From: Candidatus Woesearchaeota archaeon
Lineage (GTDB): Archaea > Nanobdellota > Nanobdellia > Woesearchaeales > UBA9642
Direction of reading: 5' to 3'
Length of the DNA: 64,000 nucleotides
Assembly (NCBI GenBank): GCA_038884715.1
Contig: JAWABG010000001.1
Location: 38,287-102,286, forward strand
A model generated the notes under the pieces. It saw nothing but the letters and a program-made list of their open reading frames with translations, did no database searches and was not told the origin of the DNA. Position 1 is the first letter of the stretch; each line of letters begins with the position of its first letter. The position numbers and the translations under genes were made by a program. Below are positions 1 to 9,147 of the stretch, piece by piece.

Positions 1-2735
1 GGTGAACCACCACCTTTAAAATATCTGACAAGATATGTTACATCAATACCATTAGTATTACAGTCACCATTTGTATCAATAGATAATAAACCACAATATG
101 GTGCTGGCTGATTTCCTTTAAAATAATTTATCATATAAGTAACATCCATACCATTTACAACTCCGTTACAATTCGCATCACCCGGAATAAAATAATCTAA
201 GACCATAACATTAAAGCGTGTGATTTCAGAATATTCTCCATCTGAAACTGTTATCTCAAAACTATAATTTCCTGAGCTCGTAAAATTTGTTGGCCATATA
301 AACAAATTATTATTAACAATAAATCTCGAATCATTTATTGAATAAATAAGATTATCGTTATCAGGATCGGTTGCATTAACAATTATTGTTACATTAAAAG
401 TTTCATTTATGACAATATCATTTATTGGATTTATAATCGGGGCCCGGTTTACATTTATTACGTTTATTTGGACTGTTTCTGTATCCCAGAATTGTCCATC
501 TGTGACATTAAATGTTACATAATAAATGCCTGCATCATTATATGTTGGTGTCCACTGAAAAAGTCCTGTTTCTTGATCAAAACTAAAATTACTTGGTAAT
601 ACGTCGTGGGCATTTGTAAAATAAGCTAATTGTTGACCGTTTGGATCTGTTGCTTGAATATGAATCAACAAAGTATCATTTTCATATATTATCTGATTTC
701 CAATTGGATTAAGTGTAGGCTCACCGTTACCGCTAAAATCTGCAAGAAGACTATATGTTTGAGGCGAGTATTGAATTGCGGCACTATTAATTCGTATAAT
801 CCATTGACCTGGTTGAGGATTATTAATTAATATTTGTTCTACGTTATTCCTGTTATCTATTCCTGTTGTTGCAGGCAAATTGGGATTTTCAGGATCCAGA
901 ATCCACGGCCGAAATATTTGCCCAGATGGACTTTCAAGCTCTAAGTCAAGATTATTAACAAGAGTTATATTGGTCTGAGGACTTGCTTGTTTATCATCCC
1001 AAACTAAAGTGACCTTTAATTCTGTTTTGTTATCTGGAACATTTAATAAATAAATATCTTGTTCACCACTATTAATTTCATTTTCTCTGATAATATTATT
1101 AATTCCATCATCTGCAATTATCAAATCAATTGCTCTTTGAATATTAATTCTTCCATAACCATATATGTAATCTGGTCCTGTGTTTCCTAGATCTTCTGCA
1201 GTATGATATACAATTGCCCTGACTGTTGAAGGTAAAGGATCTTGGTTGTAAAATTCATTATATTTCTCATAAATTAAAATAACAGAACCACTCACTGATG
1301 GCGCAGCATAGCTTGTACCACAATCTAAAATAATGTAGTCGTTCATATTATTACTTGTTGATTTTATTCCACCGTATGTTTTGCAGGAAGGAGCAGTAAT
1401 ATCTGGCTTTATTCTTCCATCTTTTGTTGGACCTCTACTTGAACCATCCCAAACAGTATCTGTATCAACATAAGTGCCTCCAACAGACAAAGAATTCTTA
1501 GCAGTTGCTATAGGACCAACAATCGTTCCAAAAGGAAAATTGGGAAGGTAAGACTGGCATAAATTGCAATCACCATCATTCCCTGCCGAACCTACAAAAG
1601 ACATTTTATTTCCAAAAATTCCTCTTGTAACTGAGTCAACAGTCACTGAAGTTGAAGTATACGATCCAAAATTATTACAGGGTAGTATGCATGCATTAAT
1701 ACCCCAAGAATTATGTGACACTTTTGCTTCATAAACATTTATTGCTTGATTAATTTCATTTGTGAGATTACCATACCAATCATAAGATACTATGTTGGGC
1801 ATTGTTGCTATTCCTCTCCATTGAAATGGAGTTCCTCCTCTATTCTCACTGTTTGTTCCATCTCCTGTCATGATTCCACAAACACTAGTTGGATGAGCTT
1901 GCATAGATCCTCCATCAGGTCTTGTTATTCTACTACCAAAATCTATATGATTTGCAACTGTTCCCTGATCCCAAATTGCAACAGTATATCTGTTTGCATG
2001 CAAATTGTATGGTTCCATTTGAACTTCGTTTGCATGAATAACTGCTCGAACTGTATCTACATTTGTAATCTTTTCAGGCTCGGGAGTGTCAATCCATTGC
2101 ACAGAATCTATACTTGCAAATTCAAAAATTTTGTCTGAACTAATTTTTAATTGCCAAACATTGTCGTAAATTATATCTGTTACTTTAAATGAATTCTTGT
2201 TAATACTATATTCATTAACAATTTTTTGAATATTTTCCTCCAAAATATCCTCAAAAAAATATGCAACAACAGTTAATTCATTATTTTTGGTTTTTTGCTG
2301 GATAATATTTTGAGAAATTTTATCATTTGGCAAGATATTGCTTATAAAACTAATTGTAGATAATGATTCAATATTTGGATTTTCAATCTTCACATACCAT
2401 GCATTGTTTGGTATATATGATAAGAGTTTTACTCCGTTTTTTTCTAATTCTAATTTTTCTTGTTCATTAAGTGCGTGATCAAATTGAATAAGGATGTGTT
2501 TATTATTGAACTGGCTGATTGAAGTATAATCGTTTTCTATTGTTTTTTTCTCTGTATTGATATATCTTGATGCTAAAAATATTTTATTTTTATCACTTAT
2601 TTGTTGGGTGTTTTGCGCGCTTATGAAAGGACAAATAGAAATTAGACTAACAAGTAGTATTATAACAAAAAATATTATAGTAAAAATTAATCTTACTAAA
2701 GTAATATCTTTATTTAAATATTTTTTATAATTCAT
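1..2735 (-). CDS. Secreted subtilisin-like S8 serine protease with PPC-like domain, two Ig/cadherin-like repeats and a C-terminal dockerin-like domain; runs off the left edge, so absent from the ORF track
   Basis: Translated by hand from ATG 2735 (MNYKKYLNKDITLVRLIFTIIFFVIILLVSL...), open to the window edge. Catalytic motifs AIWDQG (Asp), AHPTSVCG (His), SAGNDG (oxyanion Asn), SSRGPTKDGRIKPDITAP and CGTSYAAP (Ser). ATDPNG/ATDPDND Ig repeats. C-terminal GDANCNGVVNGMDV...DTNGDCNTNGIDV duplicated Ca-binding loop. Confidence 0.92.
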   Translation of the reverse strand, partial: MNYKKYLNKDITLVRLIFTIIFFVIILLVSLISICPFISAQNTQQISDKNKIFLASRYINTEKKTIENDYTSISQFNNKHILIQFDHALNEQEKLELEKNGVKLLSYIPNNAWYVKIENPNIESLSTISFISNILPNDKISQNIIQQKTKNNELTVVAYFFEDILEENIQKIVNEYSINKNSFKVTDIIYDNVWQLKISSDKIFEFASIDSVQWIDTPEPEKITNVDTVRAVIHANEVQMEPYNLHANRYTVAIWDQGTVANHIDFGSRITRPDGGSMQAHPTSVCGIMTGDGTNSENRGGTPFQWRGIATMPNIVSYDWYGNLTNEINQAINVYEAKVSHNSWGINACILPCNNFGSYTSTSVTVDSVTRGIFGNKMSFVGSAGNDGDCNLCQSYLPNFPFGTIVGPIATAKNSLSVGGTYVDTDTVWDGSSRGPTKDGRIKPDITAPSCKTYGGIKSTSNNMNDYIILDCGTSYAAPSVSGSVILIYEKYNEFYNQDPLPSTVRAIVYHTAEDLGNTGPDYIYGYGRINIQRAIDLIIADDGINNIIRENEINSGEQDIYLLNVPDNKTELKVTLVWDDKQASPQTNITLVNNLDLELESPSGQIFRPWILDPENPNLPATTGIDNRNNVEQILINNPQPGQWIIRINSAAIQYSPQTYSLLADFSGNGEPTLNPIGNQIIYENDTLLIHIQATDPNGQQLAYFTNAHDVLPSNFSFDQETGLFQWTPTYNDAGIYYVTFNVTDGQFWDTETVQINVINVNRAPIINPINDIVINETFNVTIIVNATDPDNDNLIYSINDSRFIVNNNLFIWPTNFTSSGNYSFEITVSDGEYSEITRFNVMVLDYFIPGDANCNGVVNGMDVTYMINYFKGNQPAPYCGLLSIDTNGDCNTNGIDVTYLVRYFKGGGS

Positions 2736-2761
2736 TTTAATATATTGGTTAATCTTAGTAG

Positions 2762-2776
2762 TTTATAAATTTTTCG
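2762..2776 (-). promoter_or_regulatory. Archaeal BRE-TATA promoter of the S8 protease gene
   Basis: Minus strand reads CGAAAAA-TTTATAAA, 26 nt upstream of the ATG. Confidence 0.6.
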
Positions 2777-3098
2777 TCATTTTATAGTGGTTATGATTAT
2801 TTTCTGAAAAACTCATTAATCTATAACAAAAAAACGAAAATTTTGTCTTGTTATTATTGTTATTATTTTAATATAGTTATTACAGGATATATAAAGCCAG
2901 ATTAAGGTTTGAATAATTCAATTCATATTAAAATTTAGATGCTCATTAGTAACAAGAGAATTTTGTTTCATCATAAAATCTCGCATTAACAATATTTCAC
3001 TTTGACAGATTAAAAACAAACCAATATAAAATTAAAAAAGTTAGAATAATATGTTAAAAAATAAAAAATTTTAATAAAAAACGTTCTATTGTTGTTAT

Positions 3099-6000
3099 TC
3101 ACCACCAACAAAAACCAGATGGGAATTCAAATCGACACAATTTAACTTCCTGATTTATTGGACATTCAAGATTCACGTTTGGATTCTGAATATGGCTCGC
3201 AAGTCTAATTATATCACCTATTTCAACATTACCACTATTATCAACATCACAAACAGAGATGTTATCAGGAAGACCTGTCCCTCGCTCAATATAATTAATT
3301 ATTGTGCTAACATCAGAAAGCTCTATAAAACCATTGTTGTTGCAATCACCACATTTAGGCAGATTAACCCTACCACAAGTCGGAGCTGGGCTTTCGGGAA
3401 CAAAAAAATAATCTCTCAAATATTGATAATCTGCTTGATTCAATATTCCGTCACCATTTACATCAGCAACCCACCAATAATTATGAGCAGAACCTCCAGC
3501 CAGATATGCTTGTAAAAACACAAGATCAGCACCATTTACTACTCCATCCATCCCATTCACATCTCCACAAACCGGATTTGTAGGTAATGTTGCCAAACAT
3601 TGTGGTAAAGGACCATCGTGATTAAAATAATTATTGATATAAATAAAGTCTAGTGAATTTACATATCCTTGAGTCCCACCATCTCCGTTAACATCACAAA
3701 CCCATAAAGGATCACATCCAGGACCATTATTATTTAGATAATTTAATAAACAAAAAGTATCAGCCATATTAAACTGTTTATCATTATTGCAATCACCACA
3801 AAGATTATCTCCCTGTCTTATATACGCAATTGTGCAATCAAGATTGCACCCACTACCACTAACCCCGTTATTTGTTCCTTCATCACAATCTTCAAATCCT
3901 GTCTGAACATATCCATCGCCACATATTGCATTATTGCAATTTACACATGCATCATTATTATAATTATTGCCATCGTCACACAACTCATATCCCTGCCAGA
4001 TATAACCATCTCCACAGGTTGGTAAGTTACAATTATTCAAACAACTATCTGAATTATCTGTGTTTCCATCATCACAGAATTCTCCCGGCTCAATAACGCC
4101 ATTACCACAAACAGGTGCGTGGCAAACAGGTATTTTATTAACCATCCAATCCACATCTGATTGATCTACAACACCATCTGCATAATTAACATCCATTGAT
4201 GACCAGATATTATAAACCGGACCGCCTTTAAGGTAATTAGCTGTACATGTTACATCCCCGAAATCAAATATGCCATTTCCATTACAATCACCACAAATCA
4301 TTGACTGGGGGTGTTGCCTGTTACAGTTAATTGAAGACATTCCATTTTTTATTACATATTGCACATCTATACGATTCACATGTGGTTCTTGAATTGTTCC
4401 GTCACCATTAAAATCACATGTCCAAAGATCCTGACAATGGTATATCCCACCACGACCATTAAGATAATTTGTTAGACACGTTACATCATTTCCGTTTATA
4501 ATCCCATCTCTGTTGCAATCACCACATATTGAAGGAGCAATATAATTTGGATTTTGCTGGCAATTATTGTAACATGCATCATTATTATTCTGATTCCCAT
4601 CATCGCAAGCTTCACCGGCTTCAACAATACCATTACCACAAACAGGATAAACACACTCTGATGGTTCCTCTATACAAATCCATCCTGCGTCAACAACACA
4701 GAAAGCGCTACAACCATCTCCATTTACTTTATTGCCATCATCACAAAATTCACCCACCTCAATATTGCCGTTCCCACAAACTGGTTCCTCTGTGCATAAT
4801 TCAGTGCAACCATCTCCGTCATTTGTGTTTCCATCATCACATTGCTCTCCTAAATCTCTAATGCCATTTCCACATATTGGATTGTTGCATATAGGTTTAG
4901 GATAGCCAGGCGTTCTTTTGAAATACTCAACTAAATAAGAGACATCTCCTGTATTTACAATTCCGTCTTTATTAACATCACATATCCACCAAGGAGCACA
5001 AAACGGTTGATTGCCTGCCCCATTAATATATGACATTATACAATTAACATCATTACTTTTAAGTCCATCTGCTCTGTTGCAATCGCCGCATTCGAGAGAT
5101 GGAGGTATATCTGTGTTACACCAGAGAGAAACCTCACCACGAAAATATTTTAAAAAATGCGAGTAATCTAAACGTGTAACTAATCTATCACCGTTAACAT
5201 CAAAATTTGAAAATGGAGAAGTTGGTGGTTGTTCACCATTTAAATAATAATTAAGATAATACATGTCCTGTGAATTTACTCCATCTCTCTTATTAACATC
5301 ACCGCAAGGAATAGATTGTCCTTGAGGAATTGGCTCTTTTTTACACATCCAACATCCATCTCCTTCTTTTGTATTACCATCATCACATTCTTCATTACCT
5401 TCAAGTATTGCATTTCCACAAAACTGTTTTGATAAAATGATAATCTCATTCTTGCAAAATTGATCACAACCATCTCCGTTTACTTTATTGCCATCATCAC
5501 AAAATTCACCCACCTCAATATTACCATTTCCACAATAACCTAGTGAAGGATTTGTTGGAGTTTTTGATGGAGGATCAGTATATGATGAAAGAGTTGGCTG
5601 AATAATTTTAGTACAAGAAGTTGGTGATTCATAATCACATTCCCATCCTTCTTCAGGAATACAAAATTCGCTGCATCCATCACCAGATTCTATATTGCCG
5701 TCATCACATTTTTCAGTGTCGGGGTCTAATTTTGCATTACCACATAATGACGGTTGTAGACCACAGCAACTAATTGATTTTGAGAATCCATACCAATAGT
5801 CTTTTAATAAAGGATAATCTTCCCATGTTAATTTGCCATCTCCATTTATATCCAGAATACAAGTTTGTTTTAGTGTATTCATACCGCTTGTGAGATACTC
5901 TGCAAATAAATCAATATCTGTTTCATCTAGTTTGCCGTTTTGATCAAAATCGCCACAAACAATATGTGCTTTTAAAGTTTCTGTTGCAAAACCAATATAA

Positions 6001-6158
6001 GAAGTCGATTTGTCTATTTTTGTGTCTGTTTCTGTTGATCTTTGTGTTAGAGTTTTGTTTGTCATTAAAACAATAATAGTTATACTCACTATTACTACTA
6101 TGGCTACAATTGTAACGATATATATTGAACTAATAGAATGAATTAGTCGTTTATCCAT
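3099..6158 (-). CDS. Membrane-anchored surface protein with 8 dockerin-like domains and 9 Myxococcus-type Cys-rich repeats (DUF4215-like)
   Basis: N-terminal TM helix. Eight CGDxNxDG...D[VIF]NxDG paired Ca-loops. Nine CG[ND]...ExCD[DE]G repeats. SD GAGGTG 5 nt before the ATG. Confidence 0.85.
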   Translation of the reverse strand: MDKRLIHSISSIYIVTIVAIVVIVSITIIVLMTNKTLTQRSTETDTKIDKSTSYIGFATETLKAHIVCGDFDQNGKLDETDIDLFAEYLTSGMNTLKQTCILDINGDGKLTWEDYPLLKDYWYGFSKSISCCGLQPSLCGNAKLDPDTEKCDDGNIESGDGCSEFCIPEEGWECDYESPTSCTKIIQPTLSSYTDPPSKTPTNPSLGYCGNGNIEVGEFCDDGNKVNGDGCDQFCKNEIIILSKQFCGNAILEGNEECDDGNTKEGDGCWMCKKEPIPQGQSIPCGDVNKRDGVNSQDMYYLNYYLNGEQPPTSPFSNFDVNGDRLVTRLDYSHFLKYFRGEVSLWCNTDIPPSLECGDCNRADGLKSNDVNCIMSYINGAGNQPFCAPWWICDVNKDGIVNTGDVSYLVEYFKRTPGYPKPICNNPICGNGIRDLGEQCDDGNTNDGDGCTELCTEEPVCGNGNIEVGEFCDDGNKVNGDGCSAFCVVDAGWICIEEPSECVYPVCGNGIVEAGEACDDGNQNNNDACYNNCQQNPNYIAPSICGDCNRDGIINGNDVTCLTNYLNGRGGIYHCQDLWTCDFNGDGTIQEPHVNRIDVQYVIKNGMSSINCNRQHPQSMICGDCNGNGIFDFGDVTCTANYLKGGPVYNIWSSMDVNYADGVVDQSDVDWMVNKIPVCHAPVCGNGVIEPGEFCDDGNTDNSDSCLNNCNLPTCGDGYIWQGYELCDDGNNYNNDACVNCNNAICGDGYVQTGFEDCDEGTNNGVSGSGCNLDCTIAYIRQGDNLCGDCNNDKQFNMADTFCLLNYLNNNGPGCDPLWVCDVNGDGGTQGYVNSLDFIYINNYFNHDGPLPQCLATLPTNPVCGDVNGMDGVVNGADLVFLQAYLAGGSAHNYWWVADVNGDGILNQADYQYLRDYFFVPESPAPTCGRVNLPKCGDCNNNGFIELSDVSTIINYIERGTGLPDNISVCDVDNSGNVEIGDIIRLASHIQNPNVNLECPINQEVKLCRFEFPSGFCWW
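4710..5522. repeat. Intragenic 57-bp direct repeat (4710-4766 and 5466-5522, one mismatch)
   Basis: Both copies lie within the identical peptide CGNGNIEVGEFCDDGNKVNGDGC. A 44-bp core is perfectly identical. Confidence 0.9.
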
Positions 6159-6575
6159 AATAACACCTCACATCATTTTACAAAATTTAAAATAACAGTA
6201 CTAATACTGGCAATTATCATTTGTTATTAAATAAGCTTTATTATTTATAAACTTTCATGGAGAAATCCATTTAAATATATTTATATACTATAACATACTA
6301 ATTCAAGAACATAAAAAAGTGTAAACAAAAAAAGCATAAAAAATAATTCTGATAAAAGCCAACTTAATCATTGCAAAAAAACAAATTATAAAGGACATTA
6401 AAATAAGAAGGATAAATAATAAATGTTAATAAATATTATTCGAAACATATAAACTTAGGGGCTTTTATCCTAAATAATACTTAGAAAGAAGTTGTTGAAA
6501 TAAATCCTAACGACACAACGGACTCGATTATTATTGCACAAATTATTATTGCAGATATACTAATAGTTATATTAT

Positions 6576-6619
6576 AAGTTATAGTTATTATTATAGAAAG
6601 TTATAGTTATTATTATAGA
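6576..6619. repeat. 22-bp perfect tandem duplication in intergenic DNA
   Basis: aagttatagttattattataga twice (6576-6597, 6598-6619). Confidence 0.85.
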
Positions 6620-6786
6620 CTCATAAGGGTTTCATAAAAAAACACCAAAACATAAACTTATAACACCATATACTAGAATACATGGTAGAAAGTGATAAAT
6701 AAATTATAAAAATCATAATTAAATTTTTAATAAAACCATATTTAATAAAGATTAATAAAGACAGAATAGTATTTATTATAAAATTC

Positions 6787-7914
6787 TTATAAAAAATCAT
6801 CATCAATATTTTCTAATTCTTCAAGATCTAACTCTGCAAAGCTTATATCTGAAACTGGCGTTTTCTCATTGTCTTTTAACAATTTTTTTTGATCAGTGTA
6901 TTCATCTGTATCTTTAATTTCTTTTTGAGGTTTACTAATCCTAATATTCTCAATCTCTTTTTCTGGATCCGGATTTAAATCTACATAATTAACAACTAAC
7001 TCATATCTCTCAAAAACTGCGTTCTTATTAACTCTTCCCCTTATCTTTATTATTGTTCCTAATAATTCATTCTTATATTGTTCAAAACCCTGAATGTTTT
7101 CCCTAAATTCGATAAGCTCGGTATCAGAAAGATTAAATAATCTTTGAACCTGATCCCTAAAAAAGACAGTTCTTATATTTGAGGTTCCATCATCTAAATA
7201 AATACTAATTAAATAGCTATAATCAGGTATTACTGCGCCATGAGTATTACAAACAAAAACATCATCCTTTAATTTTATTCTTTTTTTGCAACTAGGGCAT
7301 ATTTCAAAAAATCTTGGTTCAAAAACTTGTACTATTGTTCCGAGAACCTCAACATTTGAGTCATTTTCGTTTAAATCCTTTATTAGTTTTCTTTCTATAA
7401 TCGAATATCCTGCAGTCATAACTGTCTCCCCGCCAGGATTAATAAGAATCTTGCTTTGATCATTTATATGTAATTCACTTCTGCCATTATTATCTCTTAC
7501 ATACCCTGAGATAATTTTAATAACGTCTGTTTCCTTTAAACCTTTAATATTATCAACAGCCTTATTCCAAAAAACAGCACGTATTGTTCCTGTCTCATCA
7601 CCAATCAAGGCACTTGTCATTTGACCTGATCTTCCATTTGTCTGGAATTGCTTAGTATCATATATCCTTATTACTTTCGCTGTTATATCAACATTTCTCA
7701 TCCCTGGAAGAACGTTCTTTATTTTTAATGCAGTTGATGTATCAAATAGTTTAATTCCTAATTCATTAGCAACAATATGTGCTGCTCCTTCTTCTGAAAC
7801 CAAACCCGATAAGGATTCAAGTTTTTGATTAATTTTATCCTTAATTTCTTTTTCAGAAAGACTTGTTTTTTCTCGTATTCTTCTTATAACTTCAGATACA
7901 GGAATATTAAACAT
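6787..7914 (-). CDS. rpa: Replication protein A (archaeal ssDNA-binding protein, two OB folds with Zn finger)
   Basis: N-terminal LSGLVSEEGAAHIVANELG helix domain, OB motifs IGDETGTIRAVFWN and LDDGTSNIRTVFF, CPSC...CNTH Zn finger, acidic tail. Confidence 0.9.
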   Translation of the reverse strand: MFNIPVSEVIRRIREKTSLSEKEIKDKINQKLESLSGLVSEEGAAHIVANELGIKLFDTSTALKIKNVLPGMRNVDITAKVIRIYDTKQFQTNGRSGQMTSALIGDETGTIRAVFWNKAVDNIKGLKETDVIKIISGYVRDNNGRSELHINDQSKILINPGGETVMTAGYSIIERKLIKDLNENDSNVEVLGTIVQVFEPRFFEICPSCKKRIKLKDDVFVCNTHGAVIPDYSYLISIYLDDGTSNIRTVFFRDQVQRLFNLSDTELIEFRENIQGFEQYKNELLGTIIKIRGRVNKNAVFERYELVVNYVDLNPDPEKEIENIRISKPQKEIKDTDEYTDQKKLLKDNEKTPVSDISFAELDLEELENIDDDFL

Positions 7915-8092
7915 GAATAACCCCCTAATACTAATTATATCTTGGTTTTAAGAACAATAAATTGTTTATATAATTTACGGTAATTATAAATTAAGTAATA
8001 TTATATAAATACTTAAAATTATAAATACTTAAAACAAAATATAAACATTTAAAAATATTTAAATGAAAGAATTACAAAAAAAAAGAAAAAAA

Positions 8093-8956
8093 TTATGGTA
8101 TATAGATTGTTTTTATATACTCATTATTATTCTCATTTGATTCGCTAATTCTATATGTTGAATCCACATATCCATAATAATTATATGTTCCTGGATTAAT
8201 ATATGCATTCACAAAAGCAGTATATTCCTGGCCCGGATTCAGCATTGGTATATAACTATTAGGCAAGCTATAACTTCCTCCAGTACCATTTATGTTTACT
8301 TTCAAATAAAAATACGTGCCAGTAGTAGCATTACCTTTATTTTTTATAAGATTTGCAACAACGAGAGGTGAGTTATTTCCTGATTGATTAGTTATATAAG
8401 AAGCATTAATATAAGAAGCATTAAGTATTACTAAGTCAGGCATACTAGGCGTCTGGTTGACACACACACCATTAGCACAGCCATAAGTACAGTTCATGAC
8501 AAATTGTTGAGTTATCTGGCTACCACACGCCCCTCTTAAACAAAAATAATCAGTGAAATTACGATGTACACTGTTACCATAACAGTAATTAGGACTATAA
8601 CTATCTGTTCCACAAGCATATAACCCGTTTAGTTCTCTTGTAGAATTACAAAAATATTCATTTACTGTCTCGTTATTTTGACAATAATCGGTGTGATTAT
8701 ACCCCACACCATTATAATAACCAAATGTTGTTCCTTGAATTTCAATTCTTATGCCATTGTCGGTATCTTCACAGCTATCTGTTTGTGGTGCGATTTTAGA
8801 TGAGGTAACTGTGCCTTGGCCAGCCATTCCAATATAATTATCAGATAATGTCTTAGAAGCATTATTTACATTAATAACCATTACAACTAATCCGATTATT
8901 GCTACACACGCAACAATAGCAATTATATATAGAACTCCCATATTTTCTTTATCCAA
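8093..8956 (-). CDS. Membrane-anchored Cys-rich surface protein with C-terminal CARDB domain; start revised to TTG 8956
   Basis: SD GAGGTG 7 nt before TTG gives MDKENMGVLYII... TM helix, then CEDTDNG...TDYC...EYFC and CTYGCANGVC modules. PDLVI...IKNKGNAT...VDSTYRISESNENNN is a CARDB signature. Confidence 0.8.
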   Translation of the reverse strand: MDKENMGVLYIIAIVACVAIIGLVVMVINVNNASKTLSDNYIGMAGQGTVTSSKIAPQTDSCEDTDNGIRIEIQGTTFGYYNGVGYNHTDYCQNNETVNEYFCNSTRELNGLYACGTDSYSPNYCYGNSVHRNFTDYFCLRGACGSQITQQFVMNCTYGCANGVCVNQTPSMPDLVILNASYINASYITNQSGNNSPLVVANLIKNKGNATTGTYFYLKVNINGTGGSYSLPNSYIPMLNPGQEYTAFVNAYINPGTYNYYGYVDSTYRISESNENNNEYIKTIYIP

Positions 8957-9147
8957 CGTAACACACCTCACATCATTTTTAATATTTATTAATAATTTCA
9001 ACAAAAAAATATATTTTATTAAATTCTTAAATTACTTATTTAAAAAGTTTTTCTTTTTATATTTATTGGTATATATATTGTTAAACATTATTTGGTACAT
9101 AAATACATAACAATTAAAAAATTAATATTTAAATATTCAATAAAAAT

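Noticed and set aside
4710..5535. Near-identical repeat pair as a diversity-generating retroelement TR/VR
   Set aside because: Differences are synonymous third-position changes rather than adenine-specific, both copies are in one ORF, and no reverse transcriptase is present.
6576..6619. 22-bp tandem repeat as CRISPR or replication origin
   Set aside because: Only two abutting copies, no spacers, low complexity, and no cas or cdc6 gene nearby.
6621..6806. 61-aa hydrophobic ORF
   Set aside because: Overlaps the rpa 3' end, its composition is what T-rich DNA gives by chance, and it has no class III leader or SD.
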